Below are positions 24,741 through 36,872 of a stretch of 64,000 bases of DNA, piece by piece. Below the pieces are notes generated by a model. The model saw nothing but the letters and a program-made list of their open reading frames with translations, was not told the DNA's origin and ran no database searches. Source of the DNA: Massalongia carnosa (lineage: Eukaryota); contig OZ287071.1 of assembly GCA_965645245.1 (NCBI GenBank), positions 434,001 through 498,000 of the forward strand, read 5' to 3'. The position numbers were made by a program, and so were the translations under genes. How positions within the stretch are numbered: position 1 is the stretch's first letter; each line of letters opens with the position of its first letter.

Positions 24741-26369
24741 TTTCCGCTTCGGACATTATCTATGTAACAATTCTGGAAGTTATATTAGGAGGAGCTCTGA
24801 CCACAACATAATGATTTGTCTTTTACGGTTAAGCATTACCAGGTATATTACATTACTCATTCACAGCGAGCGTAATTGACTTGCGAATCATCAACAACTG
24901 TTTATCGCCACGTTTAAAGTAAACTTGAGCTGTGAAACAGGCATTACGTGCGCTTCACAAGTGGATCTTACTTGAAACCAGAGGCCCTCCACCATCGCTG
25001 CGCCTCCGACGTTGCAAGCAAATGTTTCAACCTCCTTTCTCCAGCGCGATTCACCGCACTATTCAATAACCTACAGGCTACGAACGATGAAAGCTCAACT
25101 TGAGAACGCTCACCCCCTCACAGTTCTTACACAACCTAGTTATCTCAACCAACTTAGTATTTCCCGGTGTACCACCACCAAACGCCACGACTCATTTCAA
25201 GAAAACCCGTCCACTTCCCATCTCCACTTCCGCTTTCCCAGATTCCTCCACCATCTCGCTCACCTATACTATTATCAACATCTCTTTCGCCCTTTCTCCC
25301 CTCTCGACCCCCTCCAGCCTAAAGCCCTACCCCTTGAGAACCCGCAACCCCCACTTGTTTCCCTCCCCCGAACCAACGAAATGTCCAGAAAACGTTACCA
25401 CGGTTTCTTCGGCCTCTATTCAAACCTCTTCGCTCTGGCGTTCGCGGCTCTGACCATTATATTCAAGTGATTTGCCCAAACGCCTGCTGTTCCACAACCT
25501 TCCACATGATCCTTTTGCCCCCTCCCCCCTTTTTCCCGTGTCATTCCCGGTTTCTCCAGCCTTTCGTTCTACGCTCTTTTGAACTCTACGCACCAAACCG
25601 CTCAGCCAACTCCTATCTCCTACCCCCATTACACCCCTTTTCCTGGTCTTCCTCGCCCCCGTCTCCCATGTATGTTCTTCCCCTCCTTCTCACCCCCCAA
25701 TCCCGAACCTCCTTCCCTCCTACTTCTACCCTTCGCACTTCCCTTTTCAACCCATCCCCAATCCTTTTCTCCACCATGCTAGCAAACCTTGCCTCCTACC
25801 CATGTTAGCTCTCCTAACCCGGCGGAATCGTCAACTCTACAGTACACCCTGGCTCAAACCCGAATCCTGCCGCCGACACCGGGAAGCAGCAGGGAGGGCG
25901 ACACAAGGTTGATGTGCCAGGGGCAGGTAATGAGAGTTGCAATAGGTATATATACATACTTTAGGGGGAAAGTGTTTAGGATTTTTGGTCAAATGATGGG
26001 TTCTTATTTTTTGTATTTAGGGGGTTTACTCTGTATGGGTATGCTTTAGGGAGGGAATAACTTAGCACGCTCAAAGCGCTATCCTGTTTTGGGGTTTCAG
26101 TTCGACAGTCGTGCGGAGGCTCCGGGCGCAATTTTTTTGTGGCAAATTTTCGCAAATGGAAAAGCAAGCTCCTGGTATGACTAAAGGTTGATGTCTTGGG
26201 CAATATTACAGCTTCCTTTTGCTTGTGGAGTCATGTCTTTCATGTCGATGAACAATCAACGAGCCAGTTTATACATGATTTCCACCACCACCCGAGTCTC
26301 AGGCTGTCTGCGTATTCTCCCATCCTCTCCATTCCCCCCCGTTCCACCCCCCTTTCATCCAAGCAGCCC

Positions 26370-27350
26370 TCATACCCCCCCCCCCGTAAGCTCCTCCGCA
26401 ATCCTCGTAACTCGCTCGTTCGTCACCATGGCAAACCCCGTATGCCGCTCCGCCGCCTTCCCGCCCTCCCCTTTGCCCGCATCTTTCAGCATCTCCTCCA
26501 CCGTCTTCGGCGAGCCCAGGTTCCAGATGTTGAAGCCGCGCGTAGAGTCGGTGGAGAATGCATTGTTGTTGTCAAAAGCCTGGTCAATGGCCACGTCCAG
26601 CGCGGCGGGGGTTGTGATGAAGTCCCGCGCGTGCATGTATAGTGTGTGTAGCATGGCGCGACGCTCCTCGGTGCACTGGGCCTCCTTGGCAGCGACGTTG
26701 GCCCGTTTCTGCGCTAGGCGCTCCATGCGATTAGGGTCCGGGAGGTGATGATAGGCACTAGTGGAGGGATGCGTGGCTGTTGGAACAGAGGGCTTGGTTA
26801 GGTATTCGTCGAGGGGTTCGGGGGCATACGCGCGCCGGAGGTAATCAGCGTGCTTCGAGGCGCTACGGGCGGCAACATTTTGAGCGATGCGCTCCTTACG
26901 GGCGTGCAGCTCAACGAGACTTTCACGCAGGTTGCGGCGGCGGGCGGCGGCCTGCTGGGTTTTCCAGACGACGAAGTTGGCGGCTGGTTTTTGGGGGGAG
27001 TTAGAATTTGAGGCCGGGGCATTTTTTGGTTCTGAAGTTACTGCGGCAAGGTATTCGGGGGAGGTCTTGTCTTTGCCATGTTTTGAGGGGAAGAGATTGC
27101 GGGGGACTGGCAGAATGCCTTTGATCCAGGGCCGGTGTATTTGCTCAGGCTGGCGCGATTTAGGGACGTAGATGAATTTAGGAGACTCCGGGGGGATTTG
27201 GCCAGCTGGAGTGAGGGTGGTCGGCGTCGGGGGGGGGGTAGACTTGGTGGTTTTGGACCTCATAAGTGATATGGGAGATCCGGTTGCCAGGCATCTTTGG
27301 GAACGGAGTTGAGGGCGTGATGGGAATGCGACGGATATTCGTGGTGGCAT
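26370..27350 (-). CDS. Probable mitochondrial small-subunit ribosomal protein mS26 (Pet123-like)
   Basis: Mitochondrial targeting-like N-terminus; IPPESPKFI, RRRNLRESL.EL..RK, LPDPNR.ERL and LHTLYMHARDFI blocks. The family assignment is from memory. Confidence 0.55.
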   Translation of the reverse strand: MPPRISVAFPSRPQLRSQRCLATGSPISLMRSKTTKSTPPPTPTTLTPAGQIPPESPKFIYVPKSRQPEQIHRPWIKGILPVPRNLFPSKHGKDKTSPEYLAAVTSEPKNAPASNSNSPQKPAANFVVWKTQQAAARRRNLRESLVELHARKERIAQNVAARSASKHADYLRRAYAPEPLDEYLTKPSVPTATHPSTSAYHHLPDPNRMERLAQKRANVAAKEAQCTEERRAMLHTLYMHARDFITTPAALDVAIDQAFDNNNAFSTDSTRGFNIWNLGSPKTVEEMLKDAGKGEGGKAAERHTGFAMVTNERVTRIAEELTGGGV

Positions 27351-27575
27351 GTTGAATAGCTGCTGCTGTCAACATAATAGTGAAGTGAGAGCTTCAGATT
27401 TTGCGCCTTGTATGTCGTTATTTCTACTCCAGCATTAACTGGTTAAGTTATCGCAGTCCTTTTTAGGTAAAGTGTACTGTCGAAATAGGATCAATATGTA
27501 ACCCTAACCTCGCACTTCAGGATATTCTGAATAGTAGACAAATTAATTTCGATAGCCGCTAAGCAACACACAAAG

Positions 27576-29838
27576 ATGGGTACAGGTAAGAAAGAAAAGG
27601 TTCGGAAGGAGAGGCAGGGAAAGGTGGGTGATGGTATGGCCAATGTCAAAACTAAAGGCGAGAACTTTTATCGGTATGGATTGGGTCGTCCTTCTAAATA
27701 GGAAGTGGACTATGGTATCTGATAATATGTATGTATCTAGGTCAGCGAAGAAAGCGAAGACGCTGAATATGTTCAATGATGGTAAAGCGCAAAGAAACGC
27801 AGCTGGAAAGGTTACCAAAGCCGCCTCCTTCCAGTCCCGCGAGCTGCCCAAAGCTCGTGTGGAGCCAAATCGAAAGTGGTTCGGAAATACACGTGTGATC
27901 TCACAAGAAGCTTTGAATTCGTTTCGGAACGCAATGGTCGCGCGAGCTTCCGATCCTTACCAGGTTCTTCTTAAATCGAACAAGCTTCCTATGAACCTCG
28001 TCCGAGAACCACTGGGAAAGAACGGTTTGAAGCAACATCAAGCAAAAATTGCAGTGGAGTCTGCGCCGTTTGGCGACACTTTTGGGCCGAAAGCGCAAAG
28101 GAAGCGGGTAAAGCTTAGCGTTGGCTCTCTCGAAGACCTCGCTGGCGAGTCTACTAAGATGCACGACACATACCTGGAGCGTCTAGAGCAAGCCAAGCTG
28201 TTGAGTGGGACGCCAAATGCCAAAGAAAATATCGGAGAAGCAGTCCCTGAAGAAGCTGTGCTCTTAGCGGCGAAAGAGCCCATCTTCTCAAAAGGTCAAA
28301 GTAAACGAATATGGAATGAGCTATACAAAGTAATCGATGCCTCGGACGTTGTGATTCACGTGCTAGACGCACGAGATCCTCTAGGGACGCGCTGTCGGAG
28401 TGTTGAGAAATATATTCGTGAAGAGGCACCTCATAAGCATCTGATATTCGTTCTAAATAAATGCGACTTAGTACCCACGGGTGTAGCAGTAAGTCTGGCG
28501 GGTATATTTCATTCCAGTTCAAGCCTAAACCTCATTCCATCGTTAAGTCAAGGCTCCTTCCAGCATATTGTGCTTTTACTCATGGAGTGCGTCTGTTACA
28601 ACTTTGGTAGATTAAATCTTATCCGCTGTGCATGGCTTTCTTGGTCAGGCACAGATTACTCGACGTTTTGGAGAGTCTATCGTGCAGGATTTGGTATTGT
28701 TGCATTTTTGAGTTGAATCCTTCTCCGCTGCACTGGTAGTGGATAGGTGGAGGTATTCTTAGTAATGCTTCATACATCGTTTCATTTATAGGATATTTCA
28801 TAGAGGCTTGACTGACTCCTTCCACAGGCTTCGTGGGTACGTTCACTCTCCAAAGATTACCCTACTCTTGCATTTCATGCGTCTATAACCAACTCATTTG
28901 GGAAAGGATCTCTTATTCAACTTCTCCGCCAATTCTCCTCCCTTCATTCTGATCGTAAGCAAATTTCCGTTGGATTCATCGGCTACCCCAATACTGGCAA
29001 ATCATCCATTATCAACACCCTCCGAAAGAAAAAGGTCTGCACCGTAGCCCCCATACCAGGCGAAACTAAAATATGGCAATACATCACCTTGATGAAACGC
29101 ATCTATCTGATTGATTGTCCCGGAGTGGTGCCCCCAAGTAACAACGATTCTCAAGAAGATATTCTCCTGCGCGGGGTCGTGAGGGTCGAGAATGTGGAAA
29201 ACCCGGAGCAGTACATCGCGGCGGTCTTAAAGAAGACAAAGCCGCAACATATTCAGCGTACGTATGATGTCAAAGGCTTCGAAACGCCTACGGAATTCCT
29301 GGAACTACTTGCCCGGAAGGGTGGCAGGTTGCTTAAGGGTGGGGAGGCGGACGTGGATGGCGTTGCGAAGATGGTGCTAAACGACTTCTTACGGGGCAAG
29401 ATTCCATGGTTCACACCACCACCCATCATTGAAGGGCAGGAAGAGAAGGGTATCGAGGGCCGGAAAGGAGCCCTAGGGGAAATGGGACGGGTGAGGAAAA
29501 CAGAGGATGCCCCATCTACGGTTGATGGGTCTACGGTTGATGGGGCGCCTGCGGCTTCGTCAAAGGGCGACTCAATATCAGATCCGCCATCAGTAATTAT
29601 CGACGAAGACCAAGATGAGTTCGACGGCTTTGACGATGAGACGCAAGACGCGGACAAGGCTTCTTCGGAAGGAGGTTCATCGCCGTCGCTATCGGAGGAC
29701 GAGACCGATAGCTCCCTAAATGGGGGCAGAGTTACCCTACAACCCCCGATACACGAAGAAGCTGAAGCGGACGAGAACCCATCCAGCGAGCTGGGAGAAC
29801 CCCCGCCGCGGTCTCTGAAACGCCGCCGGAAAGGTTGA
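27576..29838 (+). CDS. NOG2: Nucleolar GTP-binding protein 2 (pre-60S GTPase), 3 exons
   Basis: [35 protein letters not shown] and IDCPG (circularly permuted GTPase order); second intron 28489-28827. Confidence 0.96.
28537..28779 (+). ncRNA. Intronic box H/ACA snoRNA, snR191/U19-like
   Basis: Lies in the 339-nt NOG2 intron. Pocket AGTCA (28546-28550) plus GTTAC (28595-28599) is complementary to LSU helix-69 GUAAC-U-A-UGACU; H box AGATTA at 28609, 14 nt from the pocket; ACA at 28774-28776. The 5' end is approximate. Confidence 0.85.
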
Positions 29839-30571
29839 GCGCTGCATGGTTATGTGGATAATACCGGAACAACGAAAATCAGTTCTACCAATCATCAGAT
29901 CGGGTGACACAACAAATTGCGCTCACATAATCCTTTCACCTCCAAAGTACTTCCTTCCACTTCAGTCACAATTCAACTTTACCCAAGTACTACGGGGTTG
30001 AGTCTTTATGTATGCTGCCGGAACCTGCAAAGCCAATGCAACCCCCCCCCCCATTTCCCCCCATTTCCTACCCTCAATCCCGCATTCAACCCTCCTCCTC
30101 TACTTTAAAGCGGAAATATTATATATTTCTCTCGCACGGTTGCCCAAGGTGCTGAGACCCCGGGGAGTGGTGTAGCTGTGACATAGCCGACTTCGCGAAT
30201 AGGTTATGGAGATCCTTCTATGGAGGTGTTTGGTCGGTGCTGGGAAAGTATGTAAGGATGATTAGAAGATTTCAAAGGAGTAAGACAGGGGGTGGGTGGT
30301 ATGAACATTCAACATACCCTTGACACTTCCTGAGAAGCTTATAGAATTGGATGGGTTTCTTATATTGTATCTCCTGGCTCTTAGGTGTCATAAATAGATG
30401 GCACAGGGTAGGTATTTGATGATAGGTTATCGGCACAGTTTGCTCCGTTATTGGCATTCGAACTAAGTTCCGCAGTTTTTTTTTGATGGGTTTACTCGGG
30501 ATTGAAAGAAAATTTCAACCCCCCTTCGTGATTGCTATTCTAACAATTAATTCACAAAGCAACACACTAGC

Positions 30572-32563
30572 CTATCCTATGCTACCCCCGCTAGAACCAT
30601 GATTTCCTATCAACCCAGCCATTTCCAGCAACGCCCGATCTGCCTCGATGTCTTTGCCCAAACGTACACTCCCCCTCGCTTCCGCTTCCCTAGCCTCAAA
30701 CGCCCACGCGGCCCGCTGCCGCCGAGCCTCCTCGTCCCCACCACAACCCCAAACCTCCAGACTCTCGATCTCGAAGCGATCCTGCCAATTGCTGCGCCGA
30801 CACGGGCTTGGATGGAAGGAACCCCCGCCCCCGCTGTCGTGCGTAAAGACGCCAAACTCAAGGGATTCGTTGAGGAGTAGAGAGACGGGGCCTAAAGCGC
30901 GTTGCGAAGGGAGACCGGATACGGGTTTTGGACGGGGGGGCGGCGAGCCGAAGCTGATGCCGGATTTGCTGCAGGTGGCGTAGTCGGTGCTGAGGGTGCT
31001 GGTGCGGAAGACCTCGTGGATGGGAGCGAGCTGGAAGAGCATGGTAGTGCTGCCGCCAATGGAGTCCTTGACTGTATGCTTCCAAGGGACATCGAGGTAG
31101 GCGCCGAAGAGAACGCGTTCAGTGGAGGTGTTGCCCGCGGAGCCATCGAGAAAGCGCTTGGGGGTTAAGGTGTCGGCGAAGGCGCGCTGGCGGCTATCTT
31201 GGGGGTTTTGCGGAAGCCTTGAGCCGGCGACGAGGAGGATGGTTGGTGCTTGCCAGTTGAAGACCTTTTGCTCAAAAGAGCCGAGGCTGAAGCCGGCAGA
31301 GCCGCCAAGGTAGAGCGGACGTAGGCGACGAAATAGGGAGGTGCTTTTGAGGAAGAAGGAGAGCTGGCTAAGAATATTAAGGTCAAGGATTTCTCCTTCT
31401 TGGACGAGCAGAGGCTCGGGTGGAGGTTCTGGACCTTGAGGGACTGTGGGTGAGAATGGGGGTGCGGAGGTGGAGAAGCGTTTGCGGCGTGCGAGGTCGA
31501 TGTTTTTGCTGAAGAGGAAGTGTTCGAAGAGCGGATTCAAGCCGTCAAAGATGAAGGGCAAGGAGTTTGATATGATAATATTGAAGGGTTGATAGAATAT
31601 GCCAGCATTCCGCTCCGGTGCGAAAGACCATACTATGGTATCTGCAACTTTTCGAAGCCCTTCAAGCCTTGAGGGCGTTAGCCGTTCGGCGTGCGCGGAT
31701 AGACTTTCCTGAGGACTCAAAGGTGCGATCACCAGTAGAAGCATGATCAGTCCTAGATATTATGTTAGAAAATTGCCTGATAGGCCAGCAAACATGTATA
31801 ATCTTCACTTTGAAAATTATCCACCGGAATCTGGGCATGGTGGATCTTAGTAACAGCCCTTCGATCATGCTTGAATACTTCAATAGCATCCAACGATTCC
31901 AACGCTGCTAGCGCGAGCTCGTCATCATCATCATCTTCCTCCTCCTCGTCATTCGCAGACTGATCGATTGAAAACCCTACCGCATGACTTTGAGGTTTCT
32001 CGGCCTTTACAGACCCTGTGGCGATGTCTGTTTCCTTACCACCTAATACGAGCGGGGCTTCCTCCGAAGGTTTTTTGTACGCTATACTAGTTCCCCTATC
32101 GAAAATCGCAAGGCTTCTGAACAATAACTTGTTGCGATCTGCTTTGCCTTTCTTCAAGACTGTGCCATATCTTTCCGTCATGATCACGACAACCTTGAGC
32201 ATTGCCTCAATGGTCAGGATGCTAGGGGCGAGACTTGGAAACGGGAAAGCCCCCAGATAGGTAGACATCTGGTATATCAGAGGTCCTGGGCTCAACGAAT
32301 CCGGAAGGACCAGAAATCGGCACAGGGTCTCCTCTTTCCAATAACGTATGCCATCTTGCTCATCTGCAAGCGATCGAAAGACATCCTTGAAATGGGTAAT
32401 CTCAAGCGGTGTAAAGCACTTTTTTGCGAAACGAGAAGCAAGTTCATTACTCAACTGCTCTGTAAGGGTCATGTAGTGAGCTTTCAACCAGTCACATAGT
32501 ATTAAGTGACGGACCGATAGATACTCTCGGAACACCTTGCGCGCCTGAATGCCCTTGACCCAT
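30572..32563 (-). CDS. RTC5: TLDc-domain protein Rtc5, 3 exons
   Basis: Myristoylation-type start MGQGHS, ELASRFAKKCFTPLEI, TLDc motifs GFSLGSFEQKVFNWQAPTILL and IESLEVWGCG, tail ADRALLEMAGL. Confidence 0.9.
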
Positions 32564-32855
32564 CGTTAGCTATTGCGGCACATCATGGAGGCAGAGGTTG
32601 CCTAGAACTTCAATGAGGATATTCTAGAAAGATATGTTGCTTCTTGAAACCATTATTGCGGACTCCAGCGGGAAGTGTGGTTAGTTATCCAAGCGCCATC
32701 GTCGATTGTAGCCAGAACATCAACTTTCCTCTCAATCCAAACCTTAGTGCACAATAATTTTTCATCAGCCACAACGTACATAGACAACTTCGGTGGATTG
32801 CGTCTTAAGTGATCGGGGAAGTAACCAGTATTTCGCGTTCCTTATTCCCATCACA

Positions 32856-33345
32856 ATGCTCAATAGACGGCTGCTTTCGAAGCCGCCAGCAACATTGCGC
32901 TCATTCCATTGCATCTCGCCCCTCCAGCTTCTGCCTCACGCAACGTCTCGATCGACACACAGCGCTCACGGCTTGGTAACTTCGCGCTGGAGGTCATTAT
33001 GGCAAAACCTAAGGTTAACAGTTGGGGGCTTGAGCAGAAGACCTACATTAGAGGTAATTAGCAGCCAAAAATCGGAGCTCTCAAGGGGAATGAAGGTTAA
33101 GAGTAGTGTCAAAAAATACTGCGATGGCTGTAAGGTTCGTCAACCCGAAGTCTCTTGCTAGATTTTTCTTGTGCAAAGCTCTTATCCTAGGCATACTTTG
33201 CTTTACAGCTCTCTCTGCACCTTCTCACATTCAATGTATCGATGATCTAACCCAACTTCTCCGGAGATTACAGAGTGTTCGAAGGAAGGGTTACGTCTAT
33301 ATCATCTGCTCAAAGAATCCTAAGCACAAGCAGCGTCAGGGATGA
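32856..33345 (+). CDS. RTC6: Mitochondrial ribosomal protein bL36m, 2 exons
   Basis: Long presequence then RGMKVKSSVKKYCDGCK / SVRRKGYVYIICSKNPKHKQRQG*. Confidence 0.93.
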
Positions 33346-33827
33346 GGGAGGCTTTGCTCCTCGACCGTCTACTGAGGGTGGAGACATAAAACACAGATTC
33401 TAGGGGCTAGAGTACTTAAAATGCCTGGTTTGCCAACGAGGTTTCCACGGTTGCAAGAAACCCCTTTGGTCGGTTCGGATAATGAAAAATATATGCCCTG
33501 TTCACCAGACTTACCCCCCATGCTCGAGCTATAGTGGATCAGGACGCACAGGAGGTTAAATTCGAAGAAGCCTTGTGCAACAAAGTATTGCGGGTTGTGA
33601 AGGCTCGGGCCAATGGGATCGCCGAGTGTGGCCTACGCATCACAGAGTTGAAATATATGGTGCACCTGTTAAGGCATACATGTCATGATGTATAGGGTTA
33701 AGAGACTAGCAACTGTCACCACCTTAGAGCTGAATCTTTGACGCCCTTTATTATTTACGCATCGAAGTGACAGAAACGCCTCCAGATGCACCTAGTATCC
33801 AGATCCTTAGCCCAAACAGACGAAAAA

Positions 33828-34575
33828 TCAACTCTCTTTCTTCACCTCTTCAGCATCATTAGGAGGCCCAACCCTCTCCTTGATGGCTTCCGTGCTCTCT
33901 TTTGCTAAGCCTTTTAGCTCTTTGACAGCTTTCACAACAGGCCCTTCTTGGCGCCCTTCCCTTGCACCCTCCTCAGCGTCAGCAGCGACTTTGTCCGCCC
34001 ACCCTTTTTCCAGGGCAGCATCTTCGGTAACCACCCTTCCTGTCACAGCTTTCTTCCCGCTTGCTGCAGCGTTCATCTTGGCTCTCCACTCCTTATCATC
34101 CTGGTCCCTGGCCTCAAGCTCCCGTATCCAAGCCTCATTCTTCTCCTTTGCCTTTTTTTCCGCCACCAGGCCGTCAAACTCCTTTCGTCGCGTCCTATCC
34201 GCCTTGTAGTACCATGATCCCGCGACCATAACTGCTAGTGTAAAGGTTTGAGCGTATAAACGTCTCCGGAACATGACTTGCGCCGTTGTGCTGTCCCCCG
34301 CGCGAATGGATTTTGTGGCACCGTAAAATGCATAGCAGGTCAGGGCGCAGCCTGCATTGAATTTGAAATGTAAGACTAAAACTGCAGATCATGGAGGTGG
34401 ATGCGAACCCAACGGGATTAGGGGCTCCTCCTTGAGGCGGCGAGAGAACTTCTGCCATCTGTTTTCCTCGTAGAACTCTCTAAGATTATGGTAAGCGAAG
34501 CTAGTTTGCAAGAGAAATGTAAATGGTTACATACGAGTCACCATCAAAGGATGATGGAAGGCGTGAATCCGACAT
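33828..34575 (-). CDS. RCF1: Respiratory supercomplex factor 1 (HIG1 domain), 3 exons
   Basis: [39 protein letters not shown] and [10 protein letters not shown] motifs. Confidence 0.92.
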
Positions 34576-35079
34576 AACGTCAGAGTAACGAACAATCAAT
34601 TCAAGCCCAGTTACAGCTTCTCGAGCATTGGCAAGATGAGGTCATTCATGTAAGTCGGAGTTCTGTTCTATCATTTGATTTTTCAGTTACGAAGACCTGT
34701 AAATAGTTCATTGACGATGTTCGACTGTTGGCAACAAACTGACAAAATTCAGCCCAATCGATGTTTGTACTTTTATTTACTCCGTAGACAGGATCGCCTC
34801 TAAAGCCTCATTGCGCTAAATAGCCCAGTGACTAGATTGCCGCATTAGTCGTGCGTGTATGTAACTAGTTCGTTAATTTTCATCGATTTCTTCCCTTCGA
34901 TAACCTTGAATTTCAAAAGTCAATAGCTAGTGGTGGGTAAACTGCTGTCTCAGGGAAAATTACTGTCAAAGTTTACACATAACTAGATACAACCTATTTT
35001 CTTTTCTTTTGGATATTTCAGGCAATTAGACCAAAATTTCTTTCTTTAGAGCAAATAATCGCTTCTTGCAAAGTACATC

Positions 35080-36872
35080 ATGAGTCCCTCAATAACTCAT
35101 GCTGATGACGATGGCGCTCTTAGAATCTCACAAGTCGTTAGAGCACCGCTGACAGAATACTCCATCAGTCCTTCACCACCATCAAAGAGAACCAGTTTAT
35201 CCTTTCCGGTTCCTCCAACATTTCTGCTCCCAGATGGCTACCCTGATGTTAGTGTTTTGTACCACATCTTTGTATCAGAAGGTTTTCTAAACCTCTGTTC
35301 AGTATCTCCGTCTAATCTTGACTTCGCGCGTTTATGATGTTGTAACCGAAACACCCTTGACTCATGCAGTAAATCTGAGCAACAGACTCGAGTGCAAGGT
35401 TCTCTTGAAACGGGAGGACCTTCAGCCAGTCTTCAGTTTCAAGTTGCGAGGGGCCTACAACAAAATGGCACATCTACAGCCAAAGGAAATGTGGAAAGGA
35501 GTGGTTGCATGTTCCGCTGGTGAATGTTTTCAAGCCGATTTTGCTGGAATCAGACTGAAAAGCTCCAGGAAATCATGCTCAAGGGGTTGCGTACTCGGCT
35601 CGAAAGCTTAAGATACCAGCAACTATTGTCATGCCTTCTGGCACACCGGCAATCAAGCACCTAAACGTTTCCCGCCTTGGAGGATGCGTGGTACTTCATG
35701 GCGAGGACTTTGATACAGCCAAGAGTGAAGCGCGTCGACTAGAAGAACTTCATGGTTTGACAAATATTCCACCATTTGACGATCCTTATGTCATTGCTGG
35801 ACAAGGTACAATTGGTATGGAATTGCTGCGCCAGACAAACCTGCAAGAACTTGAAGCGGTTTTTAGCTGTGTCGGTGGAGGAGGTCTGATAGCCGGTTTA
35901 GGCGTGTATATCAAGCGCATAGCTCCGCATGTAAAGATCATTGGAGTCGAGGCTCACGACGCCAATGCAATGGTGGAGTCACTCAAAAGACGGGAACGGG
36001 TTACTCTGAAAGATGTCGGGTTGTTTGCTGATGGAGCCGCCGTGAAAAACGTTGGAGAAGAGACGTTCCGACTCTGTTTAGATGTTATCGACGAAGTTAT
36101 TGAGGTTTCAACAGATGAGATATGCGCTGCGATCAAGGACGTTTTTGAAGACACAAGATCAATCGTCGAACCTGCTGGTGCTTTAGCTTTAGCTGGACTC
36201 AAGAGATATGTTGTTACAAATCCATCACCCAATCCTAAAAGAGGCTTAATAGCCATAGCATCTGGCGCAAACATGGATTTTGATCGCTTGCGGTTTGTGG
36301 CAGCGCGCGCTGCCTTGGGTGAAAAGAGGGAAGCTCTACTCTGCGTCACTCTTCCGGAGAGACCTGGCACCTTCATTAAGCTAGTCAAAGCCGTCCTCCC
36401 GAATGCAGTGACTGAGTTCAGCTATCGCTATGCCAAAAAAGATCATGGAAATGTATTTATGAGCATTTCGGTCAATCCATCAACACGGACGTCAGATCTC
36501 CTTGATCTGATAAATCGCCTAGATAAAGATGGTATACCTGCGGCGGATCTTAGCGGAGATGAGCTAGCAAAATCCCATATAAGACATCTCATTGGTGGTC
36601 GATCCAATGTCGAAGATGAGCGGCTTTACATGTTTGAGTTCCCAGAACGACCTGGTGCATTGGTCAAATTTCTTGATACTCTTCGCCCCGGCGGCCAAAA
36701 CATTACTCTCTTCCATTACCGAAACCAAGGTGGGGACATTGGAAAGGTTCTAGCCGGAATTCAATGCCCTGACGCTGGGAAAAAGGAACTCGAGGAATTC
36801 CTATTAAGATTAGGGTATCCTTTCGTCGAGTGTACAGATTCACCAACCTACAAACTGTTCCTCCGTGATTAA
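35080..36872 (+). CDS. ILV1: Biosynthetic threonine dehydratase, 3 exons
   Basis: [19 protein letters not shown] (PLP lysine), SAGNHAQG across an intron, VGGGGL, two C-terminal PERPG regulatory repeats. Confidence 0.96.

Noticed and set aside
25012..26049. Overlapping Pro/Ser/Leu-rich ORFs in a pyrimidine-rich tract
   Set aside because: Explained by C/T-rich low complexity; no consistent frame or family. A decayed gene cannot be excluded.
30572..33345. RTC5 and RTC6 head-to-head as a functional cluster
   Set aside because: The shared name comes from a yeast screen; the proteins are unrelated and short divergent spacers are common here.
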